Shown here: piece by piece, positions 12,765 to 26,100 of the stretch | Position numbering within the stretch: position 1 is the first letter of the stretch | Layout: every line of letters starts with the position of its first letter | Origin: Balanoglossus misakiensis | Taxonomy: Eukaryota > Animalia > Hemichordata | Reading direction: 5' to 3' | Length of the DNA: 64,000 nt | NCBI GenBank assembly: GCA_040954595.2 | Contig: CM082592.2 | Location: 3,178,735-3,242,734, forward strand | Translations under genes and position numbers: made by a program | Notes under the pieces: generated by a model | What the model was told of the DNA's origin: nothing | The model's database searches: none | The model's input: the letters and a program-made list of their open reading frames with translations, nothing else

Positions 12765-13696
12765 TATCTCTAACAAAGGAACCTGAATTTTGTAATGTGT
12801 TGTCTTTCATATGGAATAAATCATGAAATTATCTTCTAGATTGATTGTTTGTGTGTTTGATTGATTGATTGAGGAATTGATTGATTGGCAATCGGACGTG
12901 ATTGCTGTAAAAGTAATCCAGCGTTATGGGATTCTAGTTGGCCAACACAGTTGGAATGTGTAAATGATTCTGAAATCTTGAAGGGGGGAAGAGACCATAA
13001 ATGTGCGAGTTATTTACAGAAATACTCTACATAAGATTCCCTTCATAAGCTGTCCACTGTCTTTATAAACTAAGAAGAGCGGAAGATAACCAGAACAATT
13101 ATGTGGCAGCTGAATAAATGGGTGTGGCACCCGTTTATTATTTAACTCGTTCATATTTAAATGTACTGCCACAATCAGACCACTCTAAGTTTGAAAATAA
13201 AATCATGAAAATAATTGGCAGCTATTGGGGCTTTAAAAGATAGCTTAGTGATAAACAATTACATAGATACTAAAGCTGAGCATGATAAAGTGCTTGTTGG
13301 CAACTCGCAAGAAATAGTGCAGATGGGGAAATCCCCAAGAAAAGTCAATTTATTTTGGTACTGAGGTATTAAACGACAATATTAACAACAGCAATGTTGG
13401 GAAAAATTTTCAAAGTTCCATCAATTTCCCTGTGATTAATAAACTGCCAGCCTGACCTGGCGGCCCAGGTAACAAACAACCAGAGTATGACGTCACGATA
13501 TAAATTAAATATACGTGCATGTAATTATTGTTTCGAGTGTCTATGGAGTAATCGGGCAGTGTCCCGTTTCCTCGACACTTCTCATCCAACAAACTGCACA
13601 TGGTGGCCTTGCATCGAGCGCATTTACGGCCATCATACATTAATTACGTGAAACTCGCCGATAACACTTCAACGACGACACAGGTAGATCTAGAAA

Positions 13697-13755
13697 CCGG
13701 AAGTGGTTGAACGTTTTGCATACATAATATCTCGTATCGTTGAATCAAAATGGCG
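13697..13755 (+). promoter_or_regulatory. SGSM proximal promoter/5' end: ETS-type CCGGAAGTG and YY1-type CAAAATGGCG overlapping the start codon
   Basis: CCGGAAGTG at 13697-13705 and CAAAATGGCG at 13746-13755, in a locally CpG-richer patch; motif match only. Confidence 0.45.
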
Positions 13756-16700
13756 ACCGTCAGTGGTAAGTGCTGAATATCGGGAAAAATCTATTTTTTG
13801 AAGAATTAATATATCGTGAAATTTCCTCGATAACGGATGGTATACCTGGCTTCATTTTTAAAATGGTAATATATATTTATTTTCAGACGACGAGTTCCGG
13901 CAGAAGCTGTTGCGAACAGTGAAAAAAGAGGTATGTGCGAAAGTAAATCAATGATGAACAGAACACGACAGCCTGTCATTGAGTTGACAGGCCTGGTTTA
14001 GTATGTTTAGTCAGCTTGTAATCGTACGTGTTTTTACAATATTCTATGTCTTAATTTTTTTATTGCTATGCAGCACATTCAGTTTTGGGCTAAGGTTTAA
14101 TACGTGCATAATTTGGTGGACGATAAAGAGCAGGTATTTCGATATTACAAGGAAGCTGTATGTATGTTAATTATTACAAGAAGGCCACATAATTATTACG
14201 AGATTACAAAGCATAAACGCTACCGTGTTTGTTCGACTGTACCATGGACAGTATGGCTGTGCATAGAATAACACATCTAATCTGATTGTCATTCCACTTT
14301 GCCTAGCTCAGTAGCTGTAACATTTGTCTTGTCATTATTTTTCTGTACATTGTTTGGCCCCAAAGAGTTGCATCTTATCTTCTCAATATAATGATCAATC
14401 AGCATTATTATTCAAAAATTGCTCTCAACTCAAAAGTTGAATGCATTTGTCAACAATAATGATAATCTATACACGTACGTACATGACTTGTTGATCTGAA
14501 AATTGGAAAATGCAGGGAGAATACTACCCATACGTACATGGTTATTATACATTCATAGTGTTAAACATAGTGTTACATGTAGAGAATTTTGAGAAAAGAT
14601 TGTATTGCCTTGTTTTCATTTTCTTGAAACTTTAACAAAAGATACCAAAAGAGGAGTGTAAATTAAATGATATCAAGAAAACGCTATGTCACCATGCTCA
14701 ATATTTTATAGAGCTGTTTATTTATTTTTACCATAGAAAAACTACAGCATCATGAGTGCAATAAAAGTGCTGACTCAGCATTTTCCACTTAGGAAGAAGT
14801 ACGATGGAAATACCGTGTTTTCTCTTATTAGTGTTTTAAAGTTCATTGATATATAATATAAAAAACAGGAAATTGGCAATACAGTATTTTCAATTATTAA
14901 ATTGTAAATCATTACCTTTCAGTGAATGTTGAGTTCGGATGACTAACTACCCGTAATGATGTATAGGTTCAAGGCAATCATTGTCAAGAAGCATACAACA
15001 TAATCAATTAAGTCATAAGAACGTAAAAATGCCGGCATGATTTTGAAGATTAATTTTGACAATTTCAGGTCAAACAGATCATGGAAGAAGCAGTAACCAG
15101 GAAGTTTGTGCATGAAGATAGCGGGAGTATTCGTTCTTTGTGTTGTAAGTTAAAAACAATTTTACTTAAACCCCTAATCTGCCATTTTTGCATTATTTTC
15201 ATGATTTTATTTTCAAAATTAGAGTGGTCCACAAATTTTCCACAACTTCGAAATTGCATTGTTTGTTGACTAAAAAAAATGCTAAAAGTGGCAGCTTATT
15301 GGGACTGTAAAGGAATAAAGTCACTGTCATTTGACATCCTATAACTTTCATTCTGAAGCCAAACTTTAGTATAAAGGCAACTGAATCTTTGATGTTTGGT
15401 GTACTGGCTACACACTTGCAGTGCTTTAGGTTGCGGAAGCCTAGTCTGCCCAATTGACAACATGGACTTGATTATCTTGCCATGACAGTGACTCCAGTCA
15501 AAACATCTGCTTGTAAAGCTTCTTGTAAACCCATGTGTATACAAGGATTGGAAAAGTCAGGGGGTGGGTAAGGCAGGGTTTTCCGATGATATTATCCAAG
15601 TTTATAGTATAATATCTGCCAAATTGTGTCTTGTAGCTGCTGTTGATTCCTGTTTGACTCATGGACTAAAGAAAAGGGTTGGAGGACTTCTCAAGAGTTA
15701 CACCACTGGCGCTCTGTTTAGACAAGTTGCCAAAAATTTTGAGCCTGCTGCACTTGTTGCACAGAAAGTCTCAGAGATTGAAAGTGAATTGGAAAACATT
15801 CAGAAGTAAGTATTGTCTCACTTACTTACTTACTTAGCCCAGTTTTAGAGTAAGTGTGTAAATAAGCAGCTAGTTGATGAGTGTTTACTTTGCATGAAAT
15901 TGCATCTTTTATCGTTTATGTTTGTCTGTGCTGTTTCAATACAGACTGGCAAAGTCATCTTGTCTGTGGTTACGGCAGCACACTGCCTAATGGCATTGAC
16001 TGTATACAATTTTTGTAACTAGTGCCTCTGGTTTGGTACATGCAAATAAGACGATCGTCGCCATTTATATGATTTAATATTTAATTTTATTTTTCAGGAA
16101 AAATGGTGATGGTTCCAGACCAACAATGCTTTTATCCCCTCTGATGCAGAAACATCTTTGGATAAAAACGGCTCTATTTGAGAAATATTTAGCGAAGATA
16201 ATTGAACATTTAGTGGAAAATAACATGTAAGTCATAAAAATATTCAATTGGTTTTCTTTATGCTCTGTTCACTTTGTCAGACTCTTTTCAAATATGTTAT
16301 TTAGATGCTGGCGAGGGCGGGCATACTACAAGTTATAGCACAATTCACTACAATGTATGCACACACTGCAGCCAGGTGCATACATTTGTTTATGGAGAGA
16401 ATTGTGTCATATTGAGTTGTGTGAATCAAATGAACTGTGCTTTATTGAATTGTGCTATATCTGGACAACACTGTTGGCCGTAACATCGTGCTTGCATAAA
16501 TTAAAACAAATTCTCATGTCATCCAATCACAAAAATATATTTGTGGCTATGTTGCACTGCAAGTTGCACTGATTAACATAATTGTGTTTCTTTGACTGCC
16601 AATGGTAAGAAAGGAAATGATGAGCAAATAGGCCAGTTATCTGGTTAACTATCTGCATTAGATTATTATTCCTATCACTCTTGTCCTCTAAACATGGACA

Positions 16701-17100
16701 TAAGATAGATTATACATGGCTTACATTAAAAAAATTTCATGGATAATTGCAGGAAATACTATGAAAAGGAGGCTTTAGTTGCAGACCCAGTAGATGGACC
16801 CATCCTGGCATCATTACTTGGTAAGAGTTTATGCACTTATTCCATTTCAGACAGTGGATTGCCATTGTTAACTGTAAATGAACACTGCAACTAGGCATAT
16901 TATTTAGAGGAATTTTCTTAGACTGTGTTGTTAATAATTGCTTCAGTTTTATGTTTAGCTGCCTTTGCATTGAAATCTTATGAAGGTCATATTGCATACT
17001 TCATATTGCATGTGTGTTCACATAGGATATAGGCATGTGTACTTTGTAGTTGTTCTCGACAAACAACAGCAAGGAATGACACATTGTTTTTTAAAAGATA

Positions 17101-17174
<74 letters not shown>

Positions 17175-20100
17175 GTGTTTAAAACTTCCCTTTATTCAAA
17201 TAAGATGGTAGATTGTAAATGGTAAATGCAAACTAAATGGTACATTATATTTTGTTGCAAATGTTTCTGCAGTTGGTCCATGTGCTTTAGACTATTCCAA
17301 GATGAAGACTCCAGATCATTATTGGACCGACCCTCCAGCAGATGAGTTGGTACAACGCCACCGGATACACAGTAGCAACCCCACATCTAATCAACCACAG
17401 TCACCAAAACGACCAAGTTTACAGGTAAAAATTATCAAAGAGCCTCTGTTAACGCAAAATCCTGCTTATTTCACAAATTTATGACCATAAATCACGCAAA
17501 GATAATGACGGACGTGTACACCAGTACGCATTGACTTTAGCCACTAGAGATATGCAGATTGTATTGAGCAAGGCTTACAAGCTAAATATAACACAGACAT
17601 GCACTTTGCAACATTTACACACAGAAATGTTGAAATGTATTGCAGTTAAATTTCATAGCTATTCCTTTGATATCTATTCTCTAATATATTATAAAATGCA
17701 ACTCAAAAATACATCTTTTCACAGATAAATAAAAGAGGGGCCAGTACAACTAGTGATGAGTCTAGAGTACCAACATCAGCAAGGGATTATGTGGAGTCAT
17801 TGCATCAAAATTCAAAGACTACTCTTTTGTATGGCAAGAATAACGTACTTGTTCAACCAGTAAGTATTTCTGTTGGCTAGTTGAATAATGGTGTATGGTG
17901 CACAGGCTACTGGATCCATTGACATCAAAACTGATTAACATATCTGCATAGTACTAAGGCCAAATGTATGGAGTTTCAGTTTATTAGCACGTGTGGCATA
18001 ACGTTTTGTAAATGAAATGATAAAATGGTCACTTTTTCTGTACCAGCATTTATTTGATGACATTGAAAACTATTTTTTTTTAACAGAAAGAAGATATTGA
18101 ACTCGTGCCAGGTTACCTATCGTTACATCAAAGTGCAGATGCTTTGACAATCAAGTGGACTCCAAATCAACTGATGAATGGTTGTTCTGAAGACAGTGAA
18201 TCTGAAACAGATAAAAGGTTAGCATAGTAACCATTTGTTATACTGTAAAACGGGAAATTTTCACGATATCAAAAGAGGCAACTGTTACACGATGATTAAT
18301 TTTTGTGATCTCGTATTTCACTGCATCGTTATCTCTGAAAACATTTTATCGCAATTTTTTATTTACACATTTTTGTGGCTCTTGCGTAGTTTGCAGGAGT
18401 TTTTGCGAAAATTTCCTGTTTTACGGTATATCACTACAAGGGAACGTGTGAGAGTACATCGAGAAAGTGTCCCTTTCTTGTGAGCTAGTGAATAGGGATA
18501 AAACACTGATACATGCAATAAAAAAGGTGGTCCATACATATTTACATTTATATTTTAATGAAATGGAGTTTTATTTATGTTTGGCTGTATTTAAAATCTT
18601 ATGGCTAAGTTCACCAACAGGAACATAGGGCTTCTTGTAAAATTTTGCAAATGTCTTTTAATTATCCCAGCCAACAGAGGAAAGAATTGTTTCAAATGGT
18701 AACACATCTTTCAATGCACTGGAACGTGCAGCACGAACACTGTGTGCCTTGAAAATGTTTATATCTGCACCTGCAATACAAAGTGTGGTTTTCATCCACC
18801 TAGAAATAGTTGATTTGCCAACAGGAAAGTGTTTGCCAACATAACTGATGAACAGTGCAGTTTCTTTGTCTCTCGATGGCTTAGTAGAAATGGTATACTC
18901 TCTGAGAACAGCATGTACATAAAGTCTCCTATCTGGAGGGGAAGCAGATAAACTTGATGTGTCTATTTGGGGTTTACTGCTTGACCAGATTTCCTATTTT
19001 GATGATGATCCCATCTTTTGTTTTGACAATGTTGCGAATGTCCATAAGGCGTACTGTACTGTCTGGGCTCGCTGAGCCCATAAAAGTGCAATTAGAGTCA
19101 CTAATTTCAGAGTCAAGATTTTAAGGTCTTAACCGGGGACCACTGGCGAAGATCTCTTAGTACAATGTTAACATCCCATGTCAGCTTGTATCTTGGTAGT
19201 CATGGCATTTCTTTGAAAACACCCTTCATGAATGGAGTGAATATGTTGGCTCGCTCGCTCAAACCCGGACCGGGCTGAGGCACTCACTCTCCTTCGGCTG
19301 CAAGCAGCTGCAAGCACATCCACAATCATGTTGACTGTCTCCTTTCCAAATTCCACCTTTCTCTTATTGAATATACCAAGCGATAATGTCATGGAACCGT
19401 CATTTTTTTATTGTTTCTTTACGGTATATACTGGTACATGTACTAGTAAATGTTCTCTTCAATTCATCAAAGTTACGGCTATCGTTGAATTTGTGGAAAT
19501 AGTTCTGGTAGATGATGTAGAACACGGGTATAGGACCAGTTCATGTGATAAAAAGTCTCATCTTCTGACTTGTACGAGCTGTAGTCTTTCCTGTAGCCAC
19601 TGTAATTGTTGGAACTGCTTGCTCCTTTCTGAGAGTAGGATCAGTTTCTGTTCCCTTGTCTGTTGGCAGGTGTGGCATGTTTTACTCTTTTCCCAATGTT
19701 GTTTGTTTCTACAAGGTCTTTGACTTGTTTCAGCAGATCATCACCAAGGAGGAAATCTGTCGCATGCGTAAACACTGGTCCCAAAGTAGGCTGAATGAGC
19801 TATATTCTTGTACACTACTTCACCATATCTTCATATTTCTCTGTGACATATAACCAAAAGGGGACTATGTCATCAACAATGACTTGTCAATCTTGTCAAC
19901 CATAATGTACCATGATAATATGTTTTTCCTATGATAAGCCAATCAGCTTCATTTGATTGGCTGTGAGAGGTTGCTGTCTGCAGCTTTTCTCTGTTTGAAA
20001 CTAGTGCAATCTTCTTTGGCAAAATAAGCTCACAATAACACTAACAGCAGATTAATGCTTATTGTGCTCCTGTCAAGCCAAATGCCCTGTTTGGTCAGCT

Positions 20101-23100
20101 ATGGTGATCTTTTACAAAAATACACCGATGGACATCTGAAACCCTAGAGGAAACAAAACAAAACAAAGCAAAACAAAAAACAAAATATCTAGTAATCTTA
20201 CTTTATTAAAACCATTCAATTTGAACCAGAGTTTGAAAAGTGTTTGGATGACCAAAGTTTGATGTATTTGTATTTTGCTAATGAAATCTGTAGGACACAT
20301 TTCCTAAGCAAGTTCCTACTTGTTTTACTCAAGCTCATGAAAGTAATGACCCATGTTGAGCAAAAAGTTTAAGGGCACTCTTGGTCAATTTTTTTTGTAA
20401 AGGGTCAGATGCGGGGAACATAATTGGTAAGTACATGTAGAGGTATTTGTATGGTGCGATTTACAAGTTTTCACAAAAAGTTGATATCTTCATCTATTTT
20501 TAAGGTGTAACTAATGGGAAATTTCAATCTTTTTGGTGGTGGTTGTGATGGTGGTGGTGGTGGTGGTACAGTGGTGATGATGATGAAGATAGTTTTGATG
20601 GTGGTATTTTTGGTGGTGGTAATACTTGCAATAAACTATAATTCTGATTAAATTTTCTTTGACTTTAAAACCGTTATTATTATAACTGTAGTGATCAAAC
20701 ATTTGTGTGTTCACAATCTAGGCTAATACACGGCCTTCCCAAAAAGAAAAATGGTCGCAGAGTGTGAGTACATGAGTTTCATCATTCACCTATTGCATGC
20801 TATCTACTGGTATGTGCCAATTTTTGACCATTTGGTTGCCAAATGCTTAATTATTTAGGGTCTTTGAAGGGAAATAGGCTTTTATCAAAACAAAGGAAGA
20901 GACTGTTCTATATGTCGCAGTGTAGTTCCTATGAATATAAACTGCAATTCCTCTACCAGGACGAACTTTGTGACTGTGTTTACGAACATGTGATCTGTAA
21001 ACTTTGTGGTTTTCTAGGAAGTCAATTGAATAGTGTTCTGTGCAGAATGTCTCAATCGAACCTATAACATCATAAGAATTCCATAATGACACATAATCTG
21101 TAATAGCTGTAATTTTTGTATTCAACCCCCCAATGTTCCATATAAAAAGTACATGTACATCTTGTCAGTATCGCTTAGGCCTTGACCACACCCCTATTTT
21201 GACAAGTCTTGAAATTTGAATACTACTCCTGAAGCTTCATTGACTTTACAGATTGACTTTCTTCCATTTGCCTCAGTGCAAATTAACTTGTCATTTCATG
21301 CTTTGGCTTTCCAAGATTCATTACATTGTACATGTATAAGTGTTTTTCGGTGCTCTAAGAGGCATTTTTTATTGTTCGCATTCTCTTTTAAAAAAAATCT
21401 TCACCAATGCTGACTGCTGTTCCTCGTAGAATTTTGATCTTGTTCAAGATTGTATTTACTTATGGAGCATAACAATAATTGGCTTGGCTCCTCAGATCGA
21501 TGGCACCATGGAGAGTCGGTGACACCTTTCAAACTCAACTTCTGATGATATTTCAAGCCTATCAGCTAACATAGATTTGATCTTTTTCTTAGATTCAACC
21601 CATGTTTCGTTTGGGTTTTCTTGTTGTATTCCGTGGAATATCAGCTTGTCCTGTCTGCTTCTATTTTCTAGGTCGTCTTTATCCCTTTTGATCTGCTCAT
21701 TTTCTCGTTTCAGTTGTCCAAGGGCTTCTTTTATTTTCATCAAAAGACTGTTGACTCTGATCAAGTACATCTATTTTTTGCGCTCTTCTGATCTGTTAAT
21801 TCTCTCTAATCCTCGCAATTCGTCAGCTTGATAGTGAGTGACACCTTGCAGTTCAACAAAGGAATGTGCAATATGGCTACCTCTGGCAGATTTGTTTAGC
21901 AGGCCGGGTCACCCCCAGCACAATTACCAATTTTTGAGCGATATTGCTGTAGTCCGATGCCCATTTTGGGCAAACTTTGTTAGTAATGTTCTTCAGGACA
22001 TGGGACAGAAGGGGACAGAGGCAATTACTTACGCAATACTCTCTTCTTGTAGTGTTTGGTGGAGCTCTCTTTTGTGCGTGTTGTCTGTGTGAAGCAATAT
22101 GGTTTTAGGGTAAACCATAAATGGAAATGAAACCATGCAATTATGCTTTGCCATACTATTAAAGGTATACAGTCATCTCCAATTTACATACGCCCACATA
22201 TGGCTGAAACAGAGTGTTAGAGCGTTTTAAAGAACATATGGTGGTGCTCTTTTTTTTGCTTGTGCCACCCACTGAAAATCTGTGATTGGCTGGATCTCAA
22301 TTTGCCATGGTAACTGTAGCTAAATTTGCATAGGTGACCGTATACCTTTAACTGGTCAATCATTTGACTGATTCAAATTGACATTTAATTTTTCTCAGCT
22401 GTACTTCCTGTAGTAGCACTTTCTAGATATAACTTCCTTTCTCATCAGAGCGCATTCAAGTCTGGCATCTCAAATCCAAAGTTCTCCTTCACACAATATT
22501 ATATGTGTCTAATTCTTATGTCATTTTTCATTGTACAGTTTGTATTGGGAATACGCTGTTACAGTTCATCTGGATGAGATTGTTTATCTGCACTGCCATC
22601 AACAGCGTGAGTAAATCTTATGATATCTCTGAACAATGTCACTAATCAACCCACCCTTCTTTACAAAACATAAGGATATAGTTATGTTGATGTTGGTACT
22701 TGCTTGACTGCAATGAATGTCAGACCCATCACTGTTTTTGCCACAAATATAACTGGAGCATGCATTGTTGCTGTGACTTAATTTGAAATTCCTGTGACGT
22801 CAGCTCTTTTGTGAATTGCATGGAACTGCGAACCATATTTATTTTATCATGAAGTATTACATGTCCGGAAATTGACATAAAAGACACATTCGGCCCTCAG
22901 ACTAAATTTCATGTCACTTAACGTTTCTAATTTTATATGTATTGCTGATTTTGCATTAAAATTTCTGTCATAAAATGATGAGGTCACCGTATTTTGTTTT
23001 TTGTTTTTAGCTGATAGTGGTGGTACCATAGTACTGGTTGGTCAAGATGGCGTCCAAAGACCTCCAATCCACTTTCCGAAAGGTGGCCATCTCCTCTCCT

Positions 23101-26100
23101 TCTTGTCCTGTTTGGAAAATGGTTTACTTCCGCACGGGCAACTGGATCCTCCACTGTGGTCTCAGAGAGGCAAAGGAAAAGTTTTTCCGAAACTCAAACG
23201 GAAATCTTCACAGAATAACATCCCCAAAGGACAGGACGACACCCAGTTATTCGATGGTGAAGAAGCCACTGATTACGTTTTCAGGATTGTGTCAACATAT
23301 AGGCCGGAATACGGTAGGTAAAATTACTCTTATCTTGAGAAATATTATGTTACTCTGATAGCATTGATTATGTAGCTGATAAATATCATTGTTAACAATG
23401 GGCATGTGAAGTGCTGTAGGTTACATAGAAATTGATTGACCCCAAACATTCTGGAAATTGTCCAGTTTACATAGAAACCTATGCCATTGCATGACATGGG
23501 CTTGACTCAACCAGAAGACATTGAACAAAGTTCAAAAGATCATTTATTTTATTCCATTACTTTGATACAACTCACATACATGTTTGAAATGAAATTAAAC
23601 ATTATTAAATAAGAAACCACAGTATTGGTAGCATCATTGTAGTCACATCCCAAGAACGATGTATTTAATGATTCATTGTGTACATGTACTTCATTTTCAG
23701 AAAGTGGACAGTTTTCTATAAAAAAATTAATTTCCTGCATCAAATTGCCTTTACAGTCCCTCAAGAACTAGTTGATCCGAAGGCTACCAATGGCAAATTT
23801 AGTTTCATGCCGTGGGCTTCAAAATCTCCAACACCAAGACATAAATTAATCCGTACTCAAGCTACTGACATAGCCGGCAGTACCACAACCAGTGCACCCT
23901 ACTATACTTCCTTACAAGTTTCTATGGGAGGCTCTGGATCTCCTACCAGGTACAAATAACATTTGTGGCTTTATATATATCTAGTTCAAAAAATTGTTTA
24001 CCATTTTCATCAAAACGTTTTTACAAAAGTAATAATGTGAAATTTGAGACTCACCAACCTAAGATCTTGAAATTTGTGAAAAGTTACCACAAATATTTCA
24101 TCTGACCTATTGTTTTCTTTTTTTCAATCGTAGAGCTTCTATTAGACTTCTTTGTGACACGATGAAGAAACAGATTATTTCCCGGGCCTTCTATGGATGT
24201 AAGTAACAGAGATGTCTTCAAGAGAGATTGATTTGAGATGAACATTCGAAAGTTAAAATGCATGTGTACTTGTTGTAAGTCCAAAAGAAAGCAATGAATT
24301 TGCTCACTCCATCTGTGCATGTGTTCATTTGCCCATCCATCCATGCCCCCAGAACATTAAACATGGCCTCACTGGCATATTTGTATGATATATTAATCCA
24401 GGTGAAATAAAAAAATAGATCTTTGTATTTAAAGTCCTAATAGCTGCCAGTTTTTGCATTATTTTCATAATATTACTTTCTAAGAACAGTCCATGGACGT
24501 ACGTCCCCGTCTATTTTATGGAATGTCGGTGGTCTGTACATGAGTCCACAGATACTACATTGTACATCATACATGTATAATCAGAATTTCAATGTCAATG
24601 ATTTTTTTTATATAAAAACACAAAAGTGTAATGATACTATCGAAATTCATTGAATACACATTTAGATACGTCAGTCAGCAAGTAGATGTAATGATGAAAT
24701 ATTGTCATTTACAGTTGACAGTAATCAGATCAGAACAAAATCAAATTTATTGTCGTAGAATTAATCATTGTACAAAGCTATAGTATTTTTATACATCTAT
24801 TGAGTAATTGTTTAAACTCTCTGTTGACTTAAGTCATGAATGTGTGGAATGTGTTGTGTGATCCTAAATGCAAATGTTCTCAGTTTCACATTATCCTTAA
24901 AGGAGGATGAATTGTTGCATGTTCAGGTGTTTTTCTTTCAACTTGTTAAAATCGTCATGGTTATCATATATTCCAGGGCTAGCTCACTGTCGTCATTTAC
25001 ATACTGTGCGGACACATCTCTCAGGATTGGTTCTCAATTCCACGATATCTGCCGGAATTCCTTCCACTGCTGAAGATGGACTCACTGTTGAAAGGTGGTT
25101 GGCATTACAAGATCATGGACAGGTCAGTCAGAAGAATTTGTTATACTGTAAAACGGGTTATTTTCGCGACAGGAAATTTTCCCGATATCGAAAGAGGCAA
25201 CTGTTACGCGAGGATGAATTTTCGCATTCTCGTATTTCGCTAAATTCATCATTATCTCCGAAAAACATTTTACACGACTTTTTATTTTCACGTTTTTTTG
25301 GCTCTTGTGTATTTTGCAAAAATGTATTGCTTGCGAAAATAACCCGTTTTAGATCTAATATCAGAGTTGCTTCAGCTTATTGTCAAAACTTACTTAGAAT
25401 TAAAAATTCTTTAATTTGCGTATCGGTATCACGAGAAAAACCCTGCTCAAATGATCAGAATTTTCTTCCTTGATTAGGCCACAAAAAATAATTATGTGTT
25501 CCCTATAACATGCTTTTCAGGGTAGGTTGGTAAATAATTGTTTGGCAATTTTTATTATCAGAACATGTCTTTGGTTATAGATGATGTCATGCCATTACAA
25601 TTTTTCAACACAAAATATGAAATAGAATGCGAGGTCTGGTGTTAAGTTTGGGTCATTGTTAACAAGCACTAAATGTCTTTTTATTTCTTCAGGTTACACA
25701 TCAAGAAGAACTTTTCCGTTACGTCTACTTAGGTGGTGTCACACATGAAATTAGAAAAGAGGTATTTATTTTATCTTAATATTTGATTGGCTTATCATTA
25801 ACTGGATAGACTTACTGATATATTTAATGTTTCATCAACAGCAAACTGAACTTTTTGATGAACTTGTACATTTTCAGTCACTAGATTTGATATTTTTAAA
25901 CCCACTAATATTCCGCTGAATTTTATAAAATTTTAATGTTTATTTGGATAGATTTTGAATGAAATCTACATCAAAGAAAGGACATGCTTTCTCTGTGCCA
26001 CTCTGTAATAAATGTGCCATTGTCATGACTTCTATTGTGTATCAGGATCTTCCATCATTCTTTTCAAGCGTCATTTTTTGCCCACCTACTGCATATCAAA

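Noticed and set aside
16980-17225. ORF with a long poly-His tract
   Set aside because: Translation of an intronic (CAT)n microsatellite; the SGSM exons splice in frame around it.
25123-25473. Extension of ORF 24907-25473 beyond the exon as coding sequence
   Set aside because: Read-through into an intronic MITE; the donor at 25123 gives the conserved SGSM frame.
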